NCBI GenBank assembly: GCA_943355005.1
Contig: CALRDV010000001.1
Coordinates: forward strand, 242,059-306,058
Direction of reading: 5' to 3'
DNA length: 64,000 bases
DNA from: Patescibacteria group bacterium
Lineage (GTDB): Bacteria > Patescibacteriota > Microgenomatia > UBA1400 > MFAQ01
Positions 20,684-30,048 of this stretch are shown here, piece by piece. Below the pieces are notes generated by a model that worked only from the letters and a program-made list of their open reading frames with translations, made no database searches and was not told where the DNA came from. The number at the start of each line of letters is the position of its first letter. The stretch's first letter is position 1. The translations under genes and the position numbers were made by a program.

Positions 20684-21125
20684 TATGTTTCTCCAAGAGT
20701 TCTAAAAAGTATTTTTTCTTTTCTTTGGGCAGCTCTTCAATTGATTCAGCAAATGAAGCGATCGCTGTATCTCCAAATGACTGAAAAAACTTATTAAAGA
20801 AGGAGCCAGCTATTGATTTGCTGTAATCCTCTTTAGAAATTTTTGGCGAGTAAAGAATGGCAAAGTCTTTATCGTTTCTTTTGAGTAAACCCTTCTCTTG
20901 AAGTCTTGAAAGTACGGTTGCAACGGTTGTGTATGCTAATTCTTTTGTTTCAGATATCTTTTTTAGTACATCACGGACTGAACATGAGTCGTTATCCCAA
21001 ACGATGTTCATTACTTCTTGTTCGAGTTCGCTCAAAGCTTTTATCTTCATATGTCTACTACAGATTGTAGAGACTACCATGAAACATATCAATAGATATT
21101 TGATAGCAGAGATTAATATCAACAA
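20670..21125 (-). CDS. BlaI/MecI/CopY-family transcriptional repressor. The likely true start is the ATG at 21050 (MKIKALSELEQ...).
   Basis: A winged-helix N-terminus typical of the penicillinase-repressor/CopY family. It is immediately upstream of the M56 gene. Confidence 0.75.
   Translation of the reverse strand: MLILISAIKYLLICFMVVSTICSRHMKIKALSELEQEVMNIVWDNDSCSVRDVLKKISETKELAYTTVATVLSRLQEKGLLKRNDKDFAILYSPKISKEDYSKSIAGSFFNKFFQSFGDTAIASFAESIEELPKEKKKYFLELLEKHNENK
21054..21077. promoter_or_regulatory. TACA/TGTA-type dyad (CTACA-GAT-TGTAG overlapping GTAG-AGA-CTAC), a putative BlaI/CopY-type operator
   Basis: Perfect palindromes read directly. They lie 4-27 nt upstream of the probable blaI/copY start. 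Confidence 0.45.
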
Positions 21126-21129
21126 GATG

Positions 21130-21173
21130 GCCCGTCCAGTCGCGATTAATTATTTATAATCGCCGTAACGGGC
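21130..21173. repeat. Nested inverted repeat (GCCCGT...GCGATTA-N8-TAATCGC...ACGGGC) between the copA stop and the blaI-like gene
   Basis: Read directly. It may be a terminator or insulator hairpin, or a second operator. Confidence 0.4.
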
Positions 21174-21196
21174 TATCTTGCCGTATTTTTTACGAA

Positions 21197-24100
21197 TTAT
21201 TTTGCTTCGCTAATTTTGAATCCTTCTTTAACAAAGTGGTAGTTATCAGCCACTGAGTTAGATTTTGCCAAGACTCCTGAAATGATCACGTCATTCCCGA
21301 AGAATCCGGAAATAGTGTCGCCTTCTTTGGTGAAAAGCTTTTCCTTCATCATCAATTGGGCTTCATCGTAGCCGATATACACTGGTGTGTATTTCTTGCC
21401 ACCAATATAGACAGTATTAAATCCATCGCTTGGGAGTTTACTAGCTAACTCCTTGGAGGAGGTGCCGTTGATCATATAAAACTGCTTTTCCATGCCTTCC
21501 GCAGTTTTGGCTAGGACTACGTTTTTATCGACCTGTACTTGACCGGTCTTTTCCTTATTTTCCATATTTGTAGGTGCGGCCATAGTAGAGCTGAACCTGG
21601 CAAACTCGATAAACAAGAAAGTGAACGCTATCATCATGACAGCTGGTGCAAACATTGAGATATAGTTCTTCTTTCCTGGCTTGTAACGGCGCAAGAGTAG
21701 TGAATTCCCTACAACTGACACAGAACTTAAAGCCATGGCAAGGCCTGCAAGCTCTGGCTTTAATACCAATCCGACGAACGAGAATATGCGTGCGGCAATT
21801 GGAATTCCGATGACGTTATAGAAGAGCGCAAAGAACATGTTTTGCTGTATCTTCTGTACGGTCGTTTTGGAAAGTTCCAATGCGTGCACAACATCCCGGA
21901 GATCATTTTTGATAATCACGATGCCACCAGTTTCCATGGCCACATCCGTGCCAGATCCCATGGCAATACCCAAATCAGCTTGAGCAAGTGCGGGTGCATC
22001 ATTAATACCATCTCCAACCATTGCTACTTTCTTACCAGCATCTTGAAGTTTTTTGACTTCATTAGCTTTGTCCTGAGGCAATACCTCTGCCAGAATGTTT
22101 GTTATGCCAACCTGAGAGGCAATGGCTTTGGCAGTTTTTGTATTGTCACCAGTAATCATCCAGACCTCGATACCCATTTTGGTAAGCATTTCAACGGCTT
22201 CTCGAGAAGTCTCCTTGACGGTATCGGCTACTCCAATGAATCCAAGAACTCCCTTTTTGGTCGCCAGAATCATGGCAGTTTTACCTTGTTCTTCCAGACG
22301 AGTGAGCTTTCGGTCGAATTTGGCTATGTCTAAGCCCAACGTATCAGTAATGAGCTTACGGTTGCCAAAGAAATACTCAACTTTTCCAATCGTTCCTTTT
22401 ACACCATGCCCTGGAATGGCTGAGAATTTATCCACTTCTTTGAGAACAACCCCTTCTTCCTGTGCATAAGAATATATGGCTTCAGCTAGTGGATGTTCAG
22501 ATTGCTTTTCGAGACTAGCCGAAATCATGAGCACTTCTTCCTCGTCAAGTTCCCCTAAGTCCTCTACATCCGTCACTTCGGGCTTGCCCTTGGTGATCGT
22601 GCCTGTTTTATCAAAAACAATAGTATTGATCTTGCTGGCACTCTCAAGAGGCTCTCCACCTTTGATGAGGATCCCATGCTCAGCACCAACCCCAGTACCT
22701 ACCATAATGGCCGTAGGGGTAGCTAGACCAAGCGCACACGGGCAAGCAATAACAATCACGGCAGTGAATGCCATAAGGGCAAATGAGAGTGGTGCCCCCA
22801 AGAAGAAGTACCAGACCACAAATGTGAGCGCAGCTATCGCGATAACGCCTGGTACAAAGTATGCAGAAATACGATCTGCTACTGCCTGAATAGGTGCTTT
22901 AGACCCCTGCGCATCCTCAACGAGGCGAATGATCTGGGATAAAGTGGTTTCCGATCCAATACGGGTTGCCATAAACTCGAAGCTACCTACTTTATTAATA
23001 GTTCCGCCGATAACCATATCATCAACATGTTTTTCAACCGGCATACTTTCTCCCGTGATCATTGATTCATCGACTGAGGAGGAACCTTTCATAATTACGC
23101 CGTCTACTGGAACCTTTTCTCCGGGACGAACCACAATAATGTCATTTTTCACAACCTGATCAGTTGGGATATCTAGAGTTTCACCATTTCGTATTACTCT
23201 GGCAGTTTTTGCCTGAAGTCCCATGAGTTTTTTAATTGCCTCACCAGTTCTTCCTTTTGCTTTTGCCTCGAGATATTTACCCAAGATGACAAAGGTGATT
23301 AAGAACGCTGCTGTTTCAAAATATAGCTCTGGAATCTTCGCTCCAGCCAATCCAATAAGAGAATTGGTGGTCGCGTAGTACTGAATAAAATTGACAGCAC
23401 TGTAAAAATACGCCACTGATGTACCTATGGCTATCAGGCTATCCATGTTAAAGGTACGCATCTTTAGAGCTGAAATCATACCTTTATAGAAGCTCGAGCC
23501 GGTAATAAATTGAACCGGAGTAGCTAAAATAAACGACACTATGCCTATATAAGGAAGAAGTGTTTTACCACCAGGCAAGAAACTAAAGAAATCAAGGAAC
23601 ATGAAATATATCATTGGGAAAGATAAGATCAGGGCAAACAAGAACTTTTTCCATTGCCCTTTGATTTCTGATAATTGACGCTTGGCTTGAGCTTGTGAAT
23701 CTTCTGAGCTGGCTAGCATTCCCTTATATCCAGCTTTTTCCACTGCTTTTATTAGATCATCAGTTTTTGCTGATCCAGTGTTATAGAGAATCGAAGCTTT
23801 TTCTGAGGCAAAATTAACTTTTGCTTCTGCAACTCCCGGAACTTTCTTTAATTGACGTTCGATAATAGATGCACACGATGAGCAGTGCATGCCTGAAATA
23901 ACTAGGCTAGTCCGTTCTGTTTTACCTGTTAGGGCAACTTGTGATACAACGCCTTCAGATGTTATGGATTGTCCAGATTCTGTTCTTTGTGCTGATCCGA
24001 AACGCAAGATTCCTTTAATTGTCCAGTGTCCATCCTCGTCTTGGCCTACTTTACCGTCAATTTCAATTTCTGGAGGAAGTGTAAATAATGGCGTTGCTTG

Positions 24101-24340
24101 CTGTGCAAGGTTCATGCCTGTTTTTCCCACGATGAGACTCTGATACCCGGCACTTTTTACCGCGTCTATAATCGCCTGATCGGTTACCTGGCCATTGGTA
24201 GTGATAATTGTTGCTTTTCCAGCTTTGTGATCGACACTCACATCTTTGATCCCCGGAAGGGAAATAAGTTCGTCTTTAATCAGCATTTCGCATGATTGGC
24301 AGTGCATTCCTTTAATATCTAAGTTGATTGTTCTTTTCAT
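21197..24340 (-). CDS. copA: Cu(I)-translocating P1B-1 ATPase CopA with two N-terminal HMA domains, plus an extra C-terminal TM helix and a C-terminal domain of about 150 aa
   Basis: GMHCQSCE and [25 protein letters not shown] and [10 protein letters not shown]. After the canonical last TM there is another hydrophobic helix ([23 protein letters not shown]) and then a Met-containing soluble domain. Confidence 0.9.
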   Translation of the reverse strand: MKRTINLDIKGMHCQSCEMLIKDELISLPGIKDVSVDHKAGKATIITTNGQVTDQAIIDAVKSAGYQSLIVGKTGMNLAQQATPLFTLPPEIEIDGKVGQDEDGHWTIKGILRFGSAQRTESGQSITSEGVVSQVALTGKTERTSLVISGMHCSSCASIIERQLKKVPGVAEAKVNFASEKASILYNTGSAKTDDLIKAVEKAGYKGMLASSEDSQAQAKRQLSEIKGQWKKFLFALILSFPMIYFMFLDFFSFLPGGKTLLPYIGIVSFILATPVQFITGSSFYKGMISALKMRTFNMDSLIAIGTSVAYFYSAVNFIQYYATTNSLIGLAGAKIPELYFETAAFLITFVILGKYLEAKAKGRTGEAIKKLMGLQAKTARVIRNGETLDIPTDQVVKNDIIVVRPGEKVPVDGVIMKGSSSVDESMITGESMPVEKHVDDMVIGGTINKVGSFEFMATRIGSETTLSQIIRLVEDAQGSKAPIQAVADRISAYFVPGVIAIAALTFVVWYFFLGAPLSFALMAFTAVIVIACPCALGLATPTAIMVGTGVGAEHGILIKGGEPLESASKINTIVFDKTGTITKGKPEVTDVEDLGELDEEEVLMISASLEKQSEHPLAEAIYSYAQEEGVVLKEVDKFSAIPGHGVKGTIGKVEYFFGNRKLITDTLGLDIAKFDRKLTRLEEQGKTAMILATKKGVLGFIGVADTVKETSREAVEMLTKMGIEVWMITGDNTKTAKAIASQVGITNILAEVLPQDKANEVKKLQDAGKKVAMVGDGINDAPALAQADLGIAMGSGTDVAMETGGIVIIKNDLRDVVHALELSKTTVQKIQQNMFFALFYNVIGIPIAARIFSFVGLVLKPELAGLAMALSSVSVVGNSLLLRRYKPGKKNYISMFAPAVMMIAFTFLFIEFARFSSTMAAPTNMENKEKTGQVQVDKNVVLAKTAEGMEKQFYMINGTSSKELASKLPSDGFNTVYIGGKKYTPVYIGYDEAQLMMKEKLFTKEGDTISGFFGNDVIISGVLAKSNSVADNYHFVKEGFKISEAK

Positions 24341-24352
24341 ATGTTTTTTGTT

Positions 24353-24556
24353 TTAAATGGTTTTATATGGTGTATCTTTCAATACGTTATTAATTTCTTG
24401 GGCAGAAATTTCTCGATTTGCCTCGATTGCTACCAGTCCGGTTTCAATCGTAGTTTCAACATTTGTAACGCCATCCAGCCCTCCTATTCTTTTTTCAGTA
24501 ATTTTTTTACAGGCTGGGCAGGTAAGGCCTGATAATTTAATGGTTTGTTTTTTCAT
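24353..24556 (-). CDS. copZ: Copper chaperone CopZ (HMA domain)
   Basis: GLTCPACKKITE; 67 aa. Confidence 0.8.
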   Translation of the reverse strand: MKKQTIKLSGLTCPACKKITEKRIGGLDGVTNVETTIETGLVAIEANREISAQEINNVLKDTPYKTI

Positions 24557-24567
24557 AATTTCCTCCT

Positions 24568-26382
24568 TTAAATAACTTGTATTTGACCTCTTTGCATCCC
24601 CATACCACAGGTAATGTTGTATGTTCCTTTACTCGTTGGGGTAAATTCAAAGACTACTTTTTCTCCTTTGGTTAATATTTCAATCTTTTGAGTGAGCGTG
24701 GGTACCGTAATGCTTCCCATGCACCCCTGACCATCTTCCTTGGCATCAATTTCAAATCGTACAGGTTGGTTTGCCTTGACGGTAAAGGTGTTTGGCTGGA
24801 TGTCACTGCTTGCGGTGTATGTCGTTTTGATAAGTTGGACATTTCCTTGGTTGACCGTTTCGCCCGCAGGTAAATTGTTATTTTGTGCAATAACCTGCTT
24901 TTTGGCACCGCAACCACACCCTCCGCCACTAGCACTGCACGAACCCGCCGCCTGTGTATTTTGTGTTTGTGTCGTACTGGCTATTTGGGTGGTAGATGGG
25001 GCACTGCCAGTTTCATCAACTACTGTGAACGATCCGGTATACATCCCCATGAGACATGAGAAACGAATGGTGCCTGTTTCTTTGGGAGTGAACTCAAAGA
25101 CATTTTCTCCGAGCTCTAAGCTTTTACGAATACCAAGCTGTTGGGAAACAATGCTGCTGGCACAGGAATAGATATCCTTTGATGTTACTATCCATTTAAC
25201 GGGAATACCTTTTTTAATCGTGAATTTATTCGGTGAATAGCCAGATGATGCTTGAGTCATACGGACAACTTGCACCCCATTTACCATAGTGACATTTGGA
25301 TCAGACTTTGCAGTCGCCTTTGAAGTAACTGCACCAAGTACCTGTGGAACACCCAGGAGATTTAATCCATTTCCGACATTAAAAAATGCAAGCATAATGA
25401 CGACCACTCCAGCTGTTTTGAAGAATAATCTCGCGCCATTTCCCTTGACGACTGATGTTAATCCGCCAACTCCCAAGAGACCAGGTGCTGTACCGAGGGC
25501 AAACACACCCATCGTTAAAGCTCCTTGTATGGGACTACCAGTACTCATAGCAAAGAGTTGCATTGCTTGGGTAAAGCCACAGGGGAGAAAGAAAGTAGTA
25601 GCTCCCATGATAGCTGCGTTTTTATTGCTATATTCAAGTTGCGTTTTCTCAGCAATACCAAGCATCCTGGATAATCCCTTGGGAAGAGTAAAGGATACTT
25701 TTTTCAAGATAGGAAAGATGTCGATTAACTGGCCTCCAAGAAGAAGCATAACTAATCCAACGGCTACCGTTAATAAACCAAGAACTGACGTGGATAATTG
25801 AAAGAATGATCCGGCTAACCCGATAACGCCACCAAGAATGGTATATGAAATGATTCTTCCAAGATTGAAAAACAAATGCGGCTTGAACTTTTCCATACCT
25901 GTTGCATTGGGGAATTGCTCAGAAAACCGAGATGAGGCACCAAGAACTAAGCCTCCAACGAGCGCCATACACGTAGAGACGCCAGCAGTTAAACCGACCA
26001 AGAAAACAATGGGAAGGCTAGAGTAACTACCTGAGATCGACTTACTTAGATCGAAAAGTCCGACGGATTTTGCAATTAGAAATAATGCAGTGGTGATAAA
26101 GAAAGCTATACCGACATCAATGTAGTCTCTGTGATTGCGGGAAAAGAAATGAATTTTGCCGTCTTCGCCAATCGTATAACCAGCTTTTTCAATAGCTTGC
26201 TTAACTTCGTTACCATCTAACTCACAGTCGCAGTTCACATCAGCAATTCCTGTTTTATGATTCACATAAACAGACTGGACGCCACGAACTTTTTTAAGTT
26301 CATCTTCAATTAATATCTCGCATGATCGGCAATGCATTCCTTTGATTTGGATTTTTTGTTTGCTCATTGTTAGAGCATACAA
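24568..26382 (-). CDS. Fusion protein: N-terminal HMA domain, DsbD_2/TauE-like polytopic membrane domain, and two C-terminal cupredoxin-like beta-sandwich repeats (C...C-x-MGM motif)
   Basis: GMHCRSCE; a multi-TM core with an intramembrane PCG motif; two about 75-aa repeats ending in FSCLMGMYTG and ITCGMGMQRG. The probable start is the ATG at 26367. Confidence 0.6.
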   Translation of the reverse strand: MYALTMSKQKIQIKGMHCRSCEILIEDELKKVRGVQSVYVNHKTGIADVNCDCELDGNEVKQAIEKAGYTIGEDGKIHFFSRNHRDYIDVGIAFFITTALFLIAKSVGLFDLSKSISGSYSSLPIVFLVGLTAGVSTCMALVGGLVLGASSRFSEQFPNATGMEKFKPHLFFNLGRIISYTILGGVIGLAGSFFQLSTSVLGLLTVAVGLVMLLLGGQLIDIFPILKKVSFTLPKGLSRMLGIAEKTQLEYSNKNAAIMGATTFFLPCGFTQAMQLFAMSTGSPIQGALTMGVFALGTAPGLLGVGGLTSVVKGNGARLFFKTAGVVVIMLAFFNVGNGLNLLGVPQVLGAVTSKATAKSDPNVTMVNGVQVVRMTQASSGYSPNKFTIKKGIPVKWIVTSKDIYSCASSIVSQQLGIRKSLELGENVFEFTPKETGTIRFSCLMGMYTGSFTVVDETGSAPSTTQIASTTQTQNTQAAGSCSASGGGCGCGAKKQVIAQNNNLPAGETVNQGNVQLIKTTYTASSDIQPNTFTVKANQPVRFEIDAKEDGQGCMGSITVPTLTQKIEILTKGEKVVFEFTPTSKGTYNITCGMGMQRGQIQVI

Positions 26383-26390
26383 GAGCCGGT

Positions 26391-26410
26391 ATTAAGATTT
26401 TATGAAGATT
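26391..26410. promoter_or_regulatory. Island motif copy 1: ATTAAGATTTTATGAAGATT, upstream of the HMA-DsbD_2 fusion/copZ/copA operon
   Basis: Exact 20-mer shared with copy 5, 8-23 nt from the start codon. Confidence 0.6.
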
Positions 26411-26431
26411 TGTGAGGAAGATTTAAAACTT

Positions 26432-28675
26432 TCAGACAGTTATCAAGTCTTTTTCAGCTCGTTTCAGGAGTACTGCGTTTGTAGCCACGATAATTGAAGA
26501 AATACTCATAAGAAGCGCGGAAAATTCTGGGCGTAAAGTGATACCATAGCGTGGATAGAGTACCCCAGCAGCGATTGGGATTGCCAAGATATTGTAAATA
26601 CTTGCCCAGACTAGGTTTTCCTTCATTTTTCTGACTGTGGCTTTAGAAAGTCGGATTGCTCGTAATATATCGGCAGGATCTGATTTCATGAGGACCACCT
26701 TGGCCGTTTCTATGGCTACATCGGTTCCTGCACCAATTGCAATCCCAATATCGGCCTGAGCCAAAGCTGGGGCATCATTTACCCCGTCGCCAACCATGGC
26801 AGTAAATTTACCCTCTGATTGGAGTTTCTTTACATACGAGGCTTTGTCTTCCGGTAATACTTCAGCAAAAATTCTATCTATACCCAGTTCTTTCCCAATC
26901 GCTTCAGCAGTTTTTTTATTGTCTCCGGTAATCATGGCAACTTCGAGTCCCATTTCCTTCATGCGGGTAACAGCTATTTTGGCGTTTGCCTTAATTGGAT
27001 CAGAGGCAGCGGCGACACCTGCGATTTTTTTATCTACTGCAAGTATCATGATCGTTTTTCCTTCTGAGAGCAGGCGGTCAATATCAGTTTGTAAGGTTGT
27101 CGTGTCTACTTTCCAGTCATTCATGAGCCTTGTTGTACCAACAAGCACATGTTTGCCATTTACTATAGCCTCAACGCCATGACCGGCAAGGTTATTGAAT
27201 TTTTCTACCTTTGATGGAACAACAATCTTTCTTCGCTTCGCTTCCTCAAGGATAGCCATGCTTAATGGGTGAGAAGATTTGGCCTCAGCAGCACTGTCCA
27301 GCTCAATTATTTGATCCTCTGTGAAGCCTTTGGCTGCCACTACGTCGGTTATGCGAGGCTTTCCTTCGGTGAGTGTGCCGGTTTTATCCAGTACTACCGA
27401 TTGTATCTTTGATACCTGTTCAAGAGTTGGTGCATCTTTGATGAGAATGTTATGTTTCGCACCAAGTCCCGTACCTACAGCTACCGCAGTTGGGGTGGCC
27501 AACCCAAGCGCATCTGGGCAAGCAATGACGACGGTCGAGATTGCAAAAGTAAGTGCTAATAGGAGAGGTTGCCCAAGTACAAAAAACCAGACGGTAAAAG
27601 TCAAGAGTCCACCACCAACAGCCACAATTACTAAATACTTTGCAAACTGATCAGCAATTTTTTGTCCGGGGGCTTTGGAGTTTTGAGCGGTTTCTACCAT
27701 CTTCACAATTTGGGCGAGCGCTGTATCTTCTCCAACCTTAGTCGCCTTAAACTTTACAGAACCCGAGGTGTTAATTGATCCGCCAATGACAGAATCTCCA
27801 ATCGACTTGGAAACAGGTAGCGATTCGCCTGTGACGAGCGATTCGTCGATGGCAGTCTCTCCCTCGATAATCTCACCATCAACAGGCACTTTATCACCAG
27901 GTTTTAAGATCAATATGTCACCAAGCACAATACTCGCTGTTGGAACCATTGATTCCACTCCATTTTTCCATAATCTGGCTTGCGGGGGAACAAGGTTAAA
28001 TAAGGCCTGAAGTGCATCGGTGGTGCCACGACGTGACTTCATTTCCATCCAATGGCCAAAGAGGACGAAAGTGATAAGCATCGCAGCAGCTTCATAATAT
28101 GAGTCACTACTTCCAAGGAGCGTTAAAACAACACTAAATCCGTAGGCAGCCGTAATACCCACAGCGATAAGAACCGACATGCCGAGGCGAAGCGTCTTGA
28201 GCTCAAAATAGGATGAATATAAGAATAACCAACCGCTATAGAAGAATACTGGCGTGGTAAGAATAAAAAGTAACCAAGGAATAGGTAGCGGGGATGGTAA
28301 ATTCCAGCCAAACATCGTTCGACCCATTGAATAAGCAAGAATTGGGATCGTAAGAAGTAGTGCGAAGAAGAATTTGTTTCTGATATCTTCTTCCATCAGT
28401 TTCGCCATTTCTCGTCCGGCGAGTCCCGTATGATCCATACCCATGGTCATAGTCATACTCATTTTGAGTTTTTCCCAAATGGACATCTCGGACGTTAGTT
28501 TCATCGTATGAGCTTTATGTTCCGAATGACCCATCTCTTCATGGTTCATTTCAACAGGAACGAGCGTCATGCCACACTTGGGACACTTCCCTGGCTTTTC
28601 TTTCCTGATTTCTGGATGCATCGTGCAGGTATACATGGTCATTTCCATAGGTTTCATACTTACTTCATTATGCAT
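26432..28675 (-). CDS. P1B-type Cu/Ag ATPase with an N-terminal HMBD (C-x-MHPE...GKCPKCGM) and a Met-rich segment. It has an unusual CPD transmembrane motif.
   Basis: [44 protein letters not shown] (verified in DNA), DKTGTLT and GDGVNDAPAL. Confidence 0.85.
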   Translation of the reverse strand: MHNEVSMKPMEMTMYTCTMHPEIRKEKPGKCPKCGMTLVPVEMNHEEMGHSEHKAHTMKLTSEMSIWEKLKMSMTMTMGMDHTGLAGREMAKLMEEDIRNKFFFALLLTIPILAYSMGRTMFGWNLPSPLPIPWLLFILTTPVFFYSGWLFLYSSYFELKTLRLGMSVLIAVGITAAYGFSVVLTLLGSSDSYYEAAAMLITFVLFGHWMEMKSRRGTTDALQALFNLVPPQARLWKNGVESMVPTASIVLGDILILKPGDKVPVDGEIIEGETAIDESLVTGESLPVSKSIGDSVIGGSINTSGSVKFKATKVGEDTALAQIVKMVETAQNSKAPGQKIADQFAKYLVIVAVGGGLLTFTVWFFVLGQPLLLALTFAISTVVIACPDALGLATPTAVAVGTGLGAKHNILIKDAPTLEQVSKIQSVVLDKTGTLTEGKPRITDVVAAKGFTEDQIIELDSAAEAKSSHPLSMAILEEAKRRKIVVPSKVEKFNNLAGHGVEAIVNGKHVLVGTTRLMNDWKVDTTTLQTDIDRLLSEGKTIMILAVDKKIAGVAAASDPIKANAKIAVTRMKEMGLEVAMITGDNKKTAEAIGKELGIDRIFAEVLPEDKASYVKKLQSEGKFTAMVGDGVNDAPALAQADIGIAIGAGTDVAIETAKVVLMKSDPADILRAIRLSKATVRKMKENLVWASIYNILAIPIAAGVLYPRYGITLRPEFSALLMSISSIIVATNAVLLKRAEKDLITV

Positions 28676-28684
28676 GCATTTGTT

Positions 28685-29209
28685 TTATTGCACAAACTTA
28701 CAATGTCCACGAATTTTTTGTTCAAATTTCTGAGGGTCAGCGAGGTTTGAAAGCAGGATTTGATCGAGATAATCGCCAGGAGCACTTATTTCTATGACAA
28801 TATCTCCGAAATTAAAGATTTTCCCCAATATACCCTGATTAATTGTAATTGAGCGAATATTGTCTAGATCAAATGTCTTTTCAATCACACTCATAATGCC
28901 ATCTCGTTTGACAAGGTGGGCGTCGTCGATAAAGTAAGAGCTACCGATCCATTTCATAACAAATTTCAACACAAATATGACCTGAAAGATGCTCTTTCCA
29001 ATATGAAGCATCGCTAAGATAAAGATGATATATCTATGGGTATCAAAAGGTAAAACTCCTTGCAAAAAATACACTTTCATCAAAAAGAAGTTAATTATGC
29101 TGTAGATAAGGTCGGTAAAAACAAGCAGACTGACGAGCTGTATGGCTAACGTTGCTACACTCGCCCTAATTGGTTCCCTGTTTGACATAGTGTTTGTTTC
29201 TTGATTCAT
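28685..29209 (-). CDS. Membrane-flanked bacterial PH-domain protein (YdbS/bPH_2-like)
   Basis: Two TM segments followed by a bPH_2-like C-terminal domain. Confidence 0.4.
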   Translation of the reverse strand: MNQETNTMSNREPIRASVATLAIQLVSLLVFTDLIYSIINFFLMKVYFLQGVLPFDTHRYIIFILAMLHIGKSIFQVIFVLKFVMKWIGSSYFIDDAHLVKRDGIMSVIEKTFDLDNIRSITINQGILGKIFNFGDIVIEISAPGDYLDQILLSNLADPQKFEQKIRGHCKFVQ

Positions 29210-29220
29210 AAGTTACCTAA

Positions 29221-29901
29221 TTAGATATTCGCAGAGGCAGGTTTGATTATTAATCTCTGTAGTACCTGCTGGGGCGATGGGATAAATGCAGATGTACGTT
29301 TTAAGTATCGTGTATAGGAAATGCCAAACTGCTTGTACATCTCCAGTTCTTCAGTCTTTGCAAGGCGGAAGTATCTCCATATAAGAACCGGCGCCATGAG
29401 TAACGTGATAAGTGTCGGCCACTGCACAAGAAATCCAAGGATGATGAGGATGAAAGCTAAATACTGAGGGTGTCGAATATATGTATAAATTCCGGACGTT
29501 GCTAGTTTTTGTCTTTTTTGAGCTTTGTACAATATCTCCCACGCATTAGCCAGGAGAGAGAATCCGCCAATAATAAGGGCATAACTGATGATATGAAGGA
29601 TGCTAAAGTGTGGATCACCCTTGATTCCTAAAAGCGTATTGAGGATGTGACCATTATCATGGGTGAAATCTAAACCAAGTTTTTTACCAAAAAATGATGT
29701 TAATAAATATATTGTGAGCGGGAAGCCATACATTTCTGCAAATAAGGCAACGATAAATGCCCCGAAGGTATGATATGTTCGCCAATCTGTTTTTGTTCTT
29801 GGCTTAAACGAACTTTTTAAGAAATAGAGAAATATACCGATATTGAGAAAAACGAGTAACCAGTTTCCATAGTCATACATATATCCGCAGTCTAGCAACA
29901 C
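29221..29901 (-). CDS. Isoprenylcysteine carboxyl methyltransferase (ICMT/PEMT)-family membrane methyltransferase
   Basis: YIRHPQY motif and a multi-TM segment. Confidence 0.6.
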   Translation of the reverse strand: MLLDCGYMYDYGNWLLVFLNIGIFLYFLKSSFKPRTKTDWRTYHTFGAFIVALFAEMYGFPLTIYLLTSFFGKKLGLDFTHDNGHILNTLLGIKGDPHFSILHIISYALIIGGFSLLANAWEILYKAQKRQKLATSGIYTYIRHPQYLAFILIILGFLVQWPTLITLLMAPVLIWRYFRLAKTEELEMYKQFGISYTRYLKRTSAFIPSPQQVLQRLIIKPASANI

Positions 29902-29947
29902 ATGTATGAAGAAATCGTGAGCTTAGGATTAATTCCGGGTGAAGAAA

Positions 29948-30046
29948 TTACTTTCCATTTTCTTCAAGAACTAAATCCATGCCACATTTTGGGCACTTAC
30001 CCGGCTCATCTTCTCTCACTTCCGGATGCATTGAGCAGGTATACAT
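29948..30046 (-). CDS. 32-aa free-standing heavy-metal-binding-domain mini-protein ([32 protein letters not shown])
   Basis: ATG..TAA ORF starting 2 nt after the DUF305 stop. It is about 70% identical to the N-terminal HMBD of the ATPase at 26432-28675. It is below the ORF-track length cutoff. Confidence 0.5.
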   Translation of the reverse strand: MYTCSMHPEVREDEPGKCPKCGMDLVLEENGK

Positions 30047-30048
30047 AT

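Noticed and set aside
21842-23159. Several long antisense ORFs inside copA (21842-22333, 22122-22469, 22476-22889, 22929-23159). Similar ones lie inside the other ATPase genes (25289-25801, 26796-27182, 27321-27650).
   Set aside because: They are embedded opposite strongly supported P-type ATPase genes and have Ser/Pro/Thr-rich low-complexity translations typical of spurious antisense frames.
26402-26500. Short plus-strand MKI... ORFs starting at the ATG of each island motif copy (e.g. 26402, 31191, 31460, 33562).
   Set aside because: The downstream reading frames differ in length and sequence and overlap the 3' ends of minus-strand genes. Only the motif itself is conserved, which fits a cis-element rather than small proteins.
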